A stretch of DNA of 64,000 nucleotides, from positions 141,047-205,046 of the forward strand of contig CAZDCG010000002.1 of the NCBI GenBank assembly GCA_964503955.1, written 5' to 3'. Of the stretch, positions 56,679 to 64,000 are shown one piece after another (the first letter of the stretch is position 1; each line of letters opens with the position of its first letter). A model generated the notes under the pieces. That model was not told the origin of the DNA. It was given only the letters and a program-made list of their open reading frames with translations, and searched no databases. Made by a program: the position numbers and the translations under genes. The DNA comes from an uncultured Gammaproteobacteria bacterium (GTDB lineage: Bacteria > Patescibacteriota > Patescibacteriia > VMEV01 > CAYQCH01).

Positions 56679-57053
56679 TCAGTTCTCCTGAGCGCTGTTC
56701 CGGAGAAACTCATCGGCAGCGTTCGCGAGGTCTTGACGAAACTCATCGGTGTCTAGAGCCTCGACGAGTTCATCGATGCACTCCTCATCCTCGTTCTCTT
56801 TCTCGATGCGATCCCACTCTTCATTGATGTACGCGAGCTGCTTCAGCATGTACTTCCTGTGTTCCTCTGAGCAGGCTGCGCACCTGTTTTCCTTGATGTG
56901 CGTGACAAGACATCGTCTGCTGTCAGCTAGGGCCTGACATATCTTTTGATCGCGCTCGTTCGTGTGAGGTAGATTGCCGAGCCGATTTACCTCAGCACGT
57001 GCGTCTGAGACGATGCGGGAACCTTCCTCACAATATCCTTTTTGACTCGACAT
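56679..57053 (-). CDS. Hypothetical Cys-rich acidic protein
   Basis: Start chosen at the ATG preceded by the RBS aagaaggagtgctgcATG. The ORF extends to a TTG at 57080. Confidence 0.5.
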   Translation of the reverse strand: MSSQKGYCEEGSRIVSDARAEVNRLGNLPHTNERDQKICQALADSRRCLVTHIKENRCAACSEEHRKYMLKQLAYINEEWDRIEKENEDEECIDELVEALDTDEFRQDLANAADEFLRNSAQEN

Positions 57054-57358
57054 GCAGCACTCCTTCTTAGCCAGGTTCAATGATGTTTATCACGAATTTA
57101 CTAGTTTGTCAATGTTATGTTTGATCTTTGCCTACAAAAAAGGCAATATGAAAAAGCTGGACTCCCCGAAAGAGTCCATTTTGCTATAGACCTCTGTCGG
57201 TCGCAGGCTCTGTCTGCGACCGTGACGACGAGGCTTTCTCGACGGGCGGGGACAGAGCCCCACGCCCGACAAGGGTCCATTTGCTATATACTAGCTGAGT
57301 AACCAGACAAAAACAGTCCTGGTCTCGCTAATCTGCCTCAGTCTAATGATCACCCCAC

Positions 57359-58180
57359 ATGAAATACCTTATCTTTGGAAACGGCTACTTGGCCAATAAA
57401 TTCAAAAACTCGCTTGAGAATGCCGTCATTGATCTTGCCCGAATCGATAATGCTGACCAGGTTCGTGAGGCAATCAAGAAACATCAGCCCGATGTGGTGG
57501 TCAATTGCGCCGCGCGCACGGGAACCCCAAATATCGACTGGTGTGAAGATCATAAGCTTGAGACGCTCGACAGCAATTTGCGCGGACCGCTGACATTGCT
57601 TTCTGTCTGCACCGAACTGAATCAATACTGGGTGCAAATCGGCAGCGGATGTATCTATCAAGGAGACAATAACGGCAAAGGCTGGTCTGAAGAAGACGCG
57701 CCAAATTTCACCGGCAGCTACTACAGCAAGGTGAAGGCGTGGATGAATGATATTCTCAAAGACTATCCGGTGCTGCAGCTTCGTCTGCGTATGCCGCTTG
57801 ATTCAGAACCAAGTCCGCGTAATTTCATTACCAAAATTGCCAATTACGAGAAAGTCATCAGCATGCCTAATTCCATTACTGTGATTGATGATCTTGTCGA
57901 GGCGCTTAGGCTGCTCACGGAGAAAAAGAAAACCGGAATTTATAATGTGACCAATCCCGGTGCGATTGATCATAAAGAGATTTTAGAAGCGTATAAGGAA
58001 ATCGTAGATCCTAACCATAAAGCCGAATATATCTCCATAGAAGAATTAGCGAAATTGACCAAAGCACCTCGCTCCAACTGCATCTTAACGACCGCGAAGC
58101 TGGAGGCTGAAGGCATCCTTTTGCCGCCGATCCGCGAGCGGCTGCCTGAAATTTTGAAAGCCTACAAAGAGAAATTATGA
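57359..58180 (+). CDS. RmlD-like sugar-nucleotide reductase (dTDP-4-dehydrorhamnose reductase family SDR)
   Basis: VVVNCAARTGTPNIDWCEDHK ... SGCIYQGDN ... YSKVKAWMNDIL (YxxxK). Confidence 0.65.
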   Translation: MKYLIFGNGYLANKFKNSLENAVIDLARIDNADQVREAIKKHQPDVVVNCAARTGTPNIDWCEDHKLETLDSNLRGPLTLLSVCTELNQYWVQIGSGCIYQGDNNGKGWSEEDAPNFTGSYYSKVKAWMNDILKDYPVLQLRLRMPLDSEPSPRNFITKIANYEKVISMPNSITVIDDLVEALRLLTEKKKTGIYNVTNPGAIDHKEILEAYKEIVDPNHKAEYISIEELAKLTKAPRSNCILTTAKLEAEGILLPPIRERLPEILKAYKEKL

Positions 58181-58941
58181 ATGTTCCCGGCTTAGTTGTG
58201 CTCTTCATTGGGGGGTGGACCGTCGAAAACGGGGAGGTTGCGCCTTCCGAACAATTTTTACACGAAATCGTCAGCTGCTACCCGGCTGAATTGATCGACG
58301 GGAAAGGGAAAAACCTGACAGGTCAGTACGCTGATATCGGGCACTTGGATGCAACAACCTCGCTTGCGTCCATGCTTGAGGAAAACAAAATCCAGCAGAT
58401 TGCGGTGGGCGATCAAAGCCGCTATGGGTTGTTAAATCAGATTCAGGGAACATCGTCTCAAGCCAAGCAGCGGAATCGCTATATCGTTACGCCGCCTATG
58501 CGGACCTTGGCCGAAGATCCGGCTGCGACCGCGTCTGCGATCACGCAGGCTGTCATTGATGAGCTGCGCCGCACGCCCACCGATACCCTTGTTTGGGCGG
58601 CGCTGGGGTCAATTGCCATTGCTCAGGCCTATGGCAATCCTCAGCTTATTTCAGGCGCGGCAAGCGAAGTCGAGCGAGCCGTGGAAAAGCTCATCGCGAA
58701 TCTGCTTGAATTAAAAGCGCGCTTGCTCCTTGTGGGCGAAGCGCCGGCCAAAGGCCTTGCTCCGGTCGTTTTTGTGGACGGCCGCTGCGAGGGGTTGCAA
58801 TCCCATGCCGATTTATCATCCGGCCACTTCAAGGCTTCCGGCGCAACCGAGGATTTTGCGCCTACGGTGTTTTCTCTTTTGCAAATTCCGGTGCCAAAAA
58901 CCATGCCTGGAAATCTCCTCTTTCCTCGCATTATCGCATAG
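58177..58941 (+). CDS. Short alkaline-phosphatase-superfamily (iPGM-like metalloenzyme) protein, possibly degenerate
   Basis: N-terminal LVVLFIGGW resembles the iPGM VVLISLDGWG. The C-terminal FAPTVFSLLQIPVPKTMPGNLLFP parallels the gpmI tail GPTVLELLGLQPSEEMTGRSLL. It is only 254 aa. Confidence 0.4.
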   Translation: MNVPGLVVLFIGGWTVENGEVAPSEQFLHEIVSCYPAELIDGKGKNLTGQYADIGHLDATTSLASMLEENKIQQIAVGDQSRYGLLNQIQGTSSQAKQRNRYIVTPPMRTLAEDPAATASAITQAVIDELRRTPTDTLVWAALGSIAIAQAYGNPQLISGAASEVERAVEKLIANLLELKARLLLVGEAPAKGLAPVVFVDGRCEGLQSHADLSSGHFKASGATEDFAPTVFSLLQIPVPKTMPGNLLFPRIIA

Positions 58942-58945
58942 CCAT

Positions 58946-59311
58946 ATGACTCAATTAAGCGGTACCATCCAGAAAGGCGCGGGGCAGGCAGGCGAGCTTG
59001 GCGCGCCAACCATCAACCTCGTCATTGATCTGCCCGAAGAAATCGCTTCAGGGGTTTATGCCGCGACTGCCGAGCTTGAGGATACGGCACATAACGGTGT
59101 TTGTTTTATCGGGCGCGCCCATTTGCTTGAAGGGGCTCCGCTGCGCGTGGAAATGCATTTATTCAACTTTTCGGGCGGCGATTTGACGGGCAAGCCTGTA
59201 ACGATCAAACTGCAAAAACACCTGCGTGATGAAATTCCATTTACAAGCAATGAACAGGCGCAGCAAATCATCACAAAGGATTTAGAAACAGCAAGGAACT
59301 ATTTTAACTGA
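58946..59311 (+). CDS. ribK: Riboflavin kinase (stand-alone RibF C-terminal-type domain)
   Basis: SGTIQKGAGQAGELGAPTINL ... GVYAA ... HNGVCFIGRAHLL ... RVEMHLFNFSGDLTGKPV. Confidence 0.75.
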   Translation: MTQLSGTIQKGAGQAGELGAPTINLVIDLPEEIASGVYAATAELEDTAHNGVCFIGRAHLLEGAPLRVEMHLFNFSGGDLTGKPVTIKLQKHLRDEIPFTSNEQAQQIITKDLETARNYFN

Positions 59312-59313
59312 TT

Positions 59314-59910
59314 ATGTTTACCGGAATTATTGAACATCTTGGAAGGGTAAAAGCCAGAGAGGAACTTGGATCTGAGCAAAAGCTCGTCATTCATGCGGAG
59401 GGAACTTTTTCCGATGTCAAAAACGGGGAAAGCATCGCGGTAAACGGCGTTTGTCTAACCGTTGTGTCGTTTACGCCGGACGAGGCTGTTTTCATGCTGG
59501 GGCCTGAAACCATCAAGCGAAGCAATCTTGGTTTTCTTAAACCTGATGATACAGTGAATCTGGAATTTTCTTTGCGCATGAATGACCGTCTGGGAGGACA
59601 TTTTGTGCAGGGGCATGTGGATGATACAGCTGAAATCGTCCACCTTGAGACGGAAGGGACAACCATGTGGATGACAGTTCGTCTGCCTGAATCGGCTCGC
59701 CCGTATCTGGCGGCAAAAGGCTCGATTGCCATTAACGGCGTAAGCCTGACGATTGCGAAGAAGGACGAGCTTGATATTTCCATCATGCTGATGGATTACA
59801 CCTTGGTTAAAACCAATCTTTCCGAGGTGAAACTTGGAGACAGGCTGAACGTGGAATATGATTTTCTCGCCAAGCTCGTCCATGAACAACTTAAACAGGC
59901 ACAACAATGA
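59314..59910 (+). CDS. ribE: Riboflavin synthase alpha subunit
   Basis: MFTGIIEHLGRV ... duplicated lumazine-binding half-domains. Confidence 0.85.
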   Translation: MFTGIIEHLGRVKAREELGSEQKLVIHAEGTFSDVKNGESIAVNGVCLTVVSFTPDEAVFMLGPETIKRSNLGFLKPDDTVNLEFSLRMNDRLGGHFVQGHVDDTAEIVHLETEGTTMWMTVRLPESARPYLAAKGSIAINGVSLTIAKKDELDISIMLMDYTLVKTNLSEVKLGDRLNVEYDFLAKLVHEQLKQAQQ

Positions 59911-60371
59911 AAACCAATACATTTACTGAACGGCAAAGCGTGAAAGGGGCGCGCATTGCGATTGTTCGAGCCCGATTCAACGAAACCGTTACCCAGCGCA
60001 TGCTCTACGGCTGCTTGCAAACGCTTGAAGACGCGGGTATGAAGGAAGCGGATATCAAAACCGTGGAAGTGCCGGGTGCGTTTGAAATTCCGTTTGCCGT
60101 CAACAAGCTTGCCCAAAGCGGTGACTACCATGCCGTCATCACGATCGGCTGCGTTTTGCGTGGCGAAACACCGCATGACGTGTATATCAGCAATGCGGTA
60201 ATTCCTGAACTGCAAAAAATCAGTCTCGCCCATAACGTGCCTGTCTTGCTTGGGATCATCACGCCCGTTAATCAAGAACAAGCCGAAGCTCGTTCATCCG
60301 GAGAAGGGAATAAGGGCATTGAAGTCGCGAAAGCGGCCCTGGAGATGATCGATCTTGTTAGGAGTTTATAG
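59907..60371 (+). CDS. ribH: 6,7-dimethyl-8-ribityllumazine synthase
   Basis: RIAIVRARFNETVTQRML ... VPGAFEIPFAVNKLAQSGDYHAVITIGCVLRGETPH. Confidence 0.85.
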   Translation: MKTNTFTERQSVKGARIAIVRARFNETVTQRMLYGCLQTLEDAGMKEADIKTVEVPGAFEIPFAVNKLAQSGDYHAVITIGCVLRGETPHDVYISNAVIPELQKISLAHNVPVLLGIITPVNQEQAEARSSGEGNKGIEVAKAALEMIDLVRSL

Positions 60372-60479
60372 TTTGTGAATCTGTCGGGCGAGGGGCTCCG
60401 TCCTCGCCCGGATCACCGAATTTCTCATAGGCGGAGATAGAACCTCCGCCCGACAGGTATCCGTAACCTATAATCGCGT

Positions 60480-61550
60480 ATGAACGCCGTGATCCTCGCT
60501 GGTGGACAAGGCACGAGGCTCTGGCCCATGTCCCGGCGGAACAAACCCAAGCAATTTTTCGAGCTGCTCTCCGAGCATCCTTTGATCGTGGACGCGTATC
60601 ATCGTTTGCGGCCGCGCTTTGAGCCGTCGCAAATCCATATCGCGACCATTCCGGAATTCGCTGAGATGATCGCCAAGCTTCTGCCCGAAATTCCACAGGA
60701 AAACTATTTCATCGAACCGCATAAACGCGACAGCGGTCCTGCCATGGCTTTTGCGGCGTTCTCGCTCAAGAAGCTTGGCAAAGGGGATGAGCCCGTTGTG
60801 TTCATTCCAACCGATCACTTCATCGCTCAGGAGAACAAGTTTCTTGACGCTCTGGCTGTGGGGGAGCAGCTCATACAAGAGACCGGAAAAATGCTTGATA
60901 TTGCCATTCTTCCTCGGTTTGCAAGCACCGAACTGGGTTATACCCAGATCGGGGCGTCCTACGGGAAATACGGAGACGTGGAAGTCTTTCAGTTTGCAAG
61001 CCACAAAGAAAAACCGGATCGAAAAACCGCCCTTGGCTATATCCAGTCCGGATCCTATCTCTGGCATGCAAACTACTATATGTGGACGCCGTCGCTGCTG
61101 CTTGAAGCCTACGGAAAGTACGCGCCGGAAATCGCCAGCTTGCTTGAGGAGATCAGCGCAGAGCCCGACCATCTCGAAGAAATCTATGGCCGCATGCCGG
61201 TACGATCGATCGATTACGCCGTGACGGAAAAGATGGATCCGTTCCAGGTTCTGATCATTCGAGGTGATTTCGGCTGGAGCGACATTGGAACCTGGAACGT
61301 TTTATACGACAGGCTTTCAGAATTGAACGGTGAAGACGGAAACGTGGTAAAAGGAAAAACCGTCACTATCGATTCGAATCGGAATTTGATTTACGGCAGC
61401 AATGAGAAGCTGATCGCGACCATCGGGATCCATGATATGATTATTGTCGATACCAAAGACGGGCTGCTCATCTGCCCGCAATCAAGAGCCAGCGAAGTAA
61501 AAACGCTGCTCGCTAAAGTTGAGCACGAGGGGTTAGAAGATTATCTATGA
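60480..61550 (+). CDS. Mannose-1-phosphate guanylyltransferase-like nucleotidyltransferase
   Basis: MNAVILAGGQGTRLWPMSRRNKPKQFFEL. Confidence 0.8.
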   Translation: MNAVILAGGQGTRLWPMSRRNKPKQFFELLSEHPLIVDAYHRLRPRFEPSQIHIATIPEFAEMIAKLLPEIPQENYFIEPHKRDSGPAMAFAAFSLKKLGKGDEPVVFIPTDHFIAQENKFLDALAVGEQLIQETGKMLDIAILPRFASTELGYTQIGASYGKYGDVEVFQFASHKEKPDRKTALGYIQSGSYLWHANYYMWTPSLLLEAYGKYAPEIASLLEEISAEPDHLEEIYGRMPVRSIDYAVTEKMDPFQVLIIRGDFGWSDIGTWNVLYDRLSELNGEDGNVVKGKTVTIDSNRNLIYGSNEKLIATIGIHDMIIVDTKDGLLICPQSRASEVKTLLAKVEHEGLEDYL

Positions 61551-62560
61551 AAAAACTTTTTTTGATCGTTTTGCTTATTGTCATTGCGGCTGGAGGTTTC
61601 TGGTATGCCGGTCTTCGTTCAAGTTTCAAAAAGAATCTGAATCTTTCTGAAGAGCAGGACTATGTCGTCACGCAGGGGAGCACGCTGTATTCCGTCGCAA
61701 GGGATTTGGATGAAAAAGGCATTATCGAAGATGCAGACACCTTGATCTGGCTGCATCGTTTGGAAAAAGGCGGAACAATCTTTGCCGGCACCTATCTGCT
61801 TGCTCCCTCCATGACCGTTAACGATCTCTATGGCGTGCTGACGTCGGGGGAAACTCAGTCCGACGAGGTGACCGTAAAAGTCATCGAAGGCTGGACGCTT
61901 GTTCAGATCGCCGACGCGCTTGTAGAAGCGGGGTTGGCGCAAGATTCGGATGCATTTCTTGAGCTTGCTTCAGACGCGGGCCCTTTCAAGCAGGAATTCT
62001 CCATACTAGCCGATATCCCCGCGGGCCAGGGGCTTGAGGGATATCTTTTCCCGGACACCTATCGTTTCTTTGCGGACGCTTCTCTGGATGATGTCATCAG
62101 AAAAATGGTTGACCACCTTGAAACCCAGGTGACAAGCGAGATGCGCGCGGCCGCAGAAGCAAGAGGAATGGACTTGCATGAGCTGATGATTTTGGCGAGC
62201 ATCGTCGAAAAAGAAGTCCGTTCAGAAGACGAAATGCGCACGGTGGCGGGAATCTTCACCAATCGGCTTGAGATCGGCATGGCATTGCAGGCGGATTCAA
62301 CCGTAAACTACATCACAAGCAGCGGCCGCGCGCGATCAACCTTAGAGGATTTGCAAATTGACTCGCCGTATAATACCTATAAGCACGCCGGCCTCACGCC
62401 GGGGCCGATCAGCAATCCCGGCTTGCGCGCGATCCAGGCGGCAGTCAACCCTGCAGACACAGAATATCTCTATTTCCTCACCGACCTCTCCGGCGATGTC
62501 TACTATGCCTCAACCCATGACCAGCATCTCTATAATCGCCGGTATCTTGACCAGGAATAG
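61547..62560 (+). CDS. mltG: Endolytic murein transglycosylase MltG (YceG-like)
   Basis: N-terminal TM, then the YceG core with the catalytic-Glu region ILASIVEKEVRSEDEMRTVAGIFTNRL. Confidence 0.8.
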   Translation: MKKLFLIVLLIVIAAGGFWYAGLRSSFKKNLNLSEEQDYVVTQGSTLYSVARDLDEKGIIEDADTLIWLHRLEKGGTIFAGTYLLAPSMTVNDLYGVLTSGETQSDEVTVKVIEGWTLVQIADALVEAGLAQDSDAFLELASDAGPFKQEFSILADIPAGQGLEGYLFPDTYRFFADASLDDVIRKMVDHLETQVTSEMRAAAEARGMDLHELMILASIVEKEVRSEDEMRTVAGIFTNRLEIGMALQADSTVNYITSSGRARSTLEDLQIDSPYNTYKHAGLTPGPISNPGLRAIQAAVNPADTEYLYFLTDLSGDVYYASTHDQHLYNRRYLDQE

Positions 62561-62699
62561 GTTAGTTTTTAGGAAGTGGTAAGGAAATTGCACATTCATA
62601 CCAAGTTCCTATCGTTTGATGAGGTCGAGCAGCTTGTTTTCCGTTATTTGCTGTGTTATCATTGCACCGATTTACAGGCCGATTCTCGTCTGTACCTTC

Positions 62700-63125
62700 A
62701 TGTTGAAAATCACCATTCTTCAAGTCGCCAAAACCAAGTCTCCGGAGCTACAGGCTCTGATCCGGGAATATCACAAACGCCTCGGGGGTTCTGCCATTCT
62801 TGAAGAAATCACCGTTAAGAAAGAGAGCGAGCTTTGGGAGAAAGCGCCTGAGAGCGCGTATACCATTCTTCTCGACAATACAGGCAAGCCGTTTGATTCT
62901 CAGCAATTGGCACAATTCATTGAAGAACGAAAAAATCAGGGAGATTCTCACCTGATTTTTTTTATTGGCCCCGCAGACGGATTCACGGATATTCAGATTA
63001 AACCCAATCTCAAGCTGTCCCTTTCCGCCATGACCTTCTCGCATCAGACGGTTAGACTTCTCCTCGCTGAGCAATTGTATAGAGCGTTTTGTGTGTTGGA
63101 AGGAAAACCATTCTCTAAGCATTAG
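62700..63125 (+). CDS. rlmH: 23S rRNA (pseudouridine1915-N3)-methyltransferase RlmH
   Basis: MLKITILQVAKTKSPE ... SHLIFFIGPADGF ... SLSAMTFSHQ (SPOUT). Confidence 0.8.
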   Translation: MLKITILQVAKTKSPELQALIREYHKRLGGSAILEEITVKKESELWEKAPESAYTILLDNTGKPFDSQQLAQFIEERKNQGDSHLIFFIGPADGFTDIQIKPNLKLSLSAMTFSHQTVRLLLAEQLYRAFCVLEGKPFSKH

Positions 63126-63572
63126 TTTTTAGGTTTTAGTTTGTAGTTTTTAGTGATATGCCGAGTAACACAATAACCTCTTATCAAGATCTGATTGTCT
63201 GGCAGAAAAGCATGGTATTAGTGAAATCCATTTATCGGTTAACAAAGGATTTACCTGATGAAGAGAAGTTTGGTCTGGTTAGTCAGATGCGCAGATGTTC
63301 GATCTCAATACCATCTAACATTGCTGAGGGGACAAGGCGCTCTTCTAGAAAAGACTATCGAAGTTTTTTGAGAATCGGGTATGGATCTATCGCCGAGCTT
63401 GAAACGCAGTTGATTCTATGCAAAGAACTGGGGTTTCTTTCAGCAGATGCTTTGGCAGAACCAATGAATTTGCTGACGGAAGTATCAAAAATGTTGAATA
63501 CAATGATTGCTAACTTGTCGGTTTAGGTGAAGAGAAGAAACTAATACCTAACACCTAAAACCTAAAAACTAT
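63123..63572. mobile_element. MITE-like cassette: 16-17-bp perfect terminal inverted repeats made of tandem G(T)TTTAG heptads (agtttttaggttttag // cctaaaacctaaaaact) enclosing a four-helix-bundle gene, inserted exactly between the rlmH stop and the pyrH start
   Basis: Left end agtttttag gttttag tttgtag tttttag. Right end reverse complement agtttttag gttttag gtgttag gtattag. Half-site gttagtttttagg also at 62560-62575. Cargo-less relative at 24399-24470. Confidence 0.6.
63158..63526 (+). CDS. Four-helix-bundle protein (23S rRNA intervening-sequence protein family)
   Basis: YQDLIVWQKSMVLVKSIYRLTKDLPDEEKFGLVSQMRRCSISIPSNIAEG ... GSIAELETQLIL matches the family signature. Confidence 0.8.
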   Translation: MPSNTITSYQDLIVWQKSMVLVKSIYRLTKDLPDEEKFGLVSQMRRCSISIPSNIAEGTRRSSRKDYRSFLRIGYGSIAELETQLILCKELGFLSADALAEPMNLLTEVSKMLNTMIANLSV

Positions 63573-64000
63573 GAAAGTCATTTTCTCCCTCGGAGGATCC
63601 CTGATCGTTCCGGATCAAATCGACGCTGATTTCTTGCGCGAATTCAAACAGATCGTTACCGATAATCTCGAAGAGTACCAGCAATTCATCATCGTGACAG
63701 GGGGAGGGAAGACGGCTCGGCGGTATCAGCAGGCGGCCAAAGACGTAAATGACCCGGTTGAAGAAGATCTCGACTGGCTCGGCATTCATTCATCCCGCCT
63801 GAACGGGCATTTGATGCGTACCATCTTTAAAAAGCATGCCGATCCTGAAATGATCACTTCGCCGGATAAGATGACGCCCAGAGAAGCAAAAATTTTGATC
63901 GGCGCGGGGTACCGGCCCGGCAATTCCACAGACTACGTCGCCACGCTTTTTGCTCAGGCCTACGGCATCAAAACGATCGTAAACCTGTCTAATATCGATC
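63571..64000 (+). CDS. pyrH: UMP kinase (3'-partial; runs off the window end, so it is not in the ORF track)
   Basis: MKVIFSLGGSLIVPD ... FIIVTGGGKTARRY ... DWLGIHSSRLNG. Confidence 0.75.
   Translation, partial: MKVIFSLGGSLIVPDQIDADFLREFKQIVTDNLEEYQQFIIVTGGGKTARRYQQAAKDVNDPVEEDLDWLGIHSSRLNGHLMRTIFKKHADPEMITSPDKMTPREAKILIGAGYRPGNSTDYVATLFAQAYGIKTIVNLSNID

Noticed and set aside
63562-63789. Minus-strand 75-aa ORF at the window end
   Set aside because: It overlaps, in antisense, a clear UMP kinase (pyrH) reading frame on the + strand that runs off the window.

Overview
This 64-kb window is mostly + strand, roughly 55-60% GC by hand count, and looks like a small-genome, CPR-like bacterium; that affinity is inference from gene content (DUF4012 protein, CarS homolog, four-helix-bundle IVS protein, many tiny palindromic repeats). 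It contains ordinary housekeeping genes, one tRNA, one riboswitch, a glycan/lipid locus, several accessory insertions and at least four short palindromic repeat families.

Core genes: a 5'-truncated giant B12-dependent class II ribonucleotide reductase that is a fused tandem duplication, cobO, tgt, xseA, xseB, a WecA/MraY-type transferase, rplU, recR, ybaB, dnaB, a P-type ATPase, mgtE, tsaC, gpmI, a Mur ligase, gdhA, an S8 protease, ribK, ribE, ribH, mltG, rlmH and partial pyrH. There is one tRNA-Lys(UUU) on the minus strand with a duplicated 3'-end fragment. There are no rRNA genes, CRISPR arrays, transposase genes or prophage.

Accessory regions that stand out:
(1) A clearly AT-richer island at 4377-6060, roughly 37-40% GC by hand count on two 60-nt samples against about 62% for an upstream coding sample, sitting straight after the nrdJ terminator. 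It encodes a translationally coupled receiver-domain protein and a cytoplasmic histidine-kinase-like ATPase. This is my best candidate for an undescribed signalling or defence module.
(2) A cobalamin riboswitch with its own promoter and terminator, driving a lipoprotein and two surface proteins with a transcobalamin-like architecture (alpha/alpha toroid repeats plus a DUF4430-type beta domain). It sits next to the B12-dependent nrdJ and cobO, which suggests a B12-scavenging locus.
(3) Three mini-cassettes in which a small nuclease-family or IVS gene (GIY-YIG, DUF559, four-helix-bundle) is flanked by inverted repeats.
(4) Arrays of the palindromic octamer GTTAACGN at three intergenic sites.
(5) A glycan/lipid locus at 43449-56398 containing a bacterial homolog of archaeal CDP-archaeol synthase (CarS) between two CDP-alcohol phosphatidyltransferases.

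All coordinates and motifs were read by eye from the sequence and the ORF track. No database searches were run.
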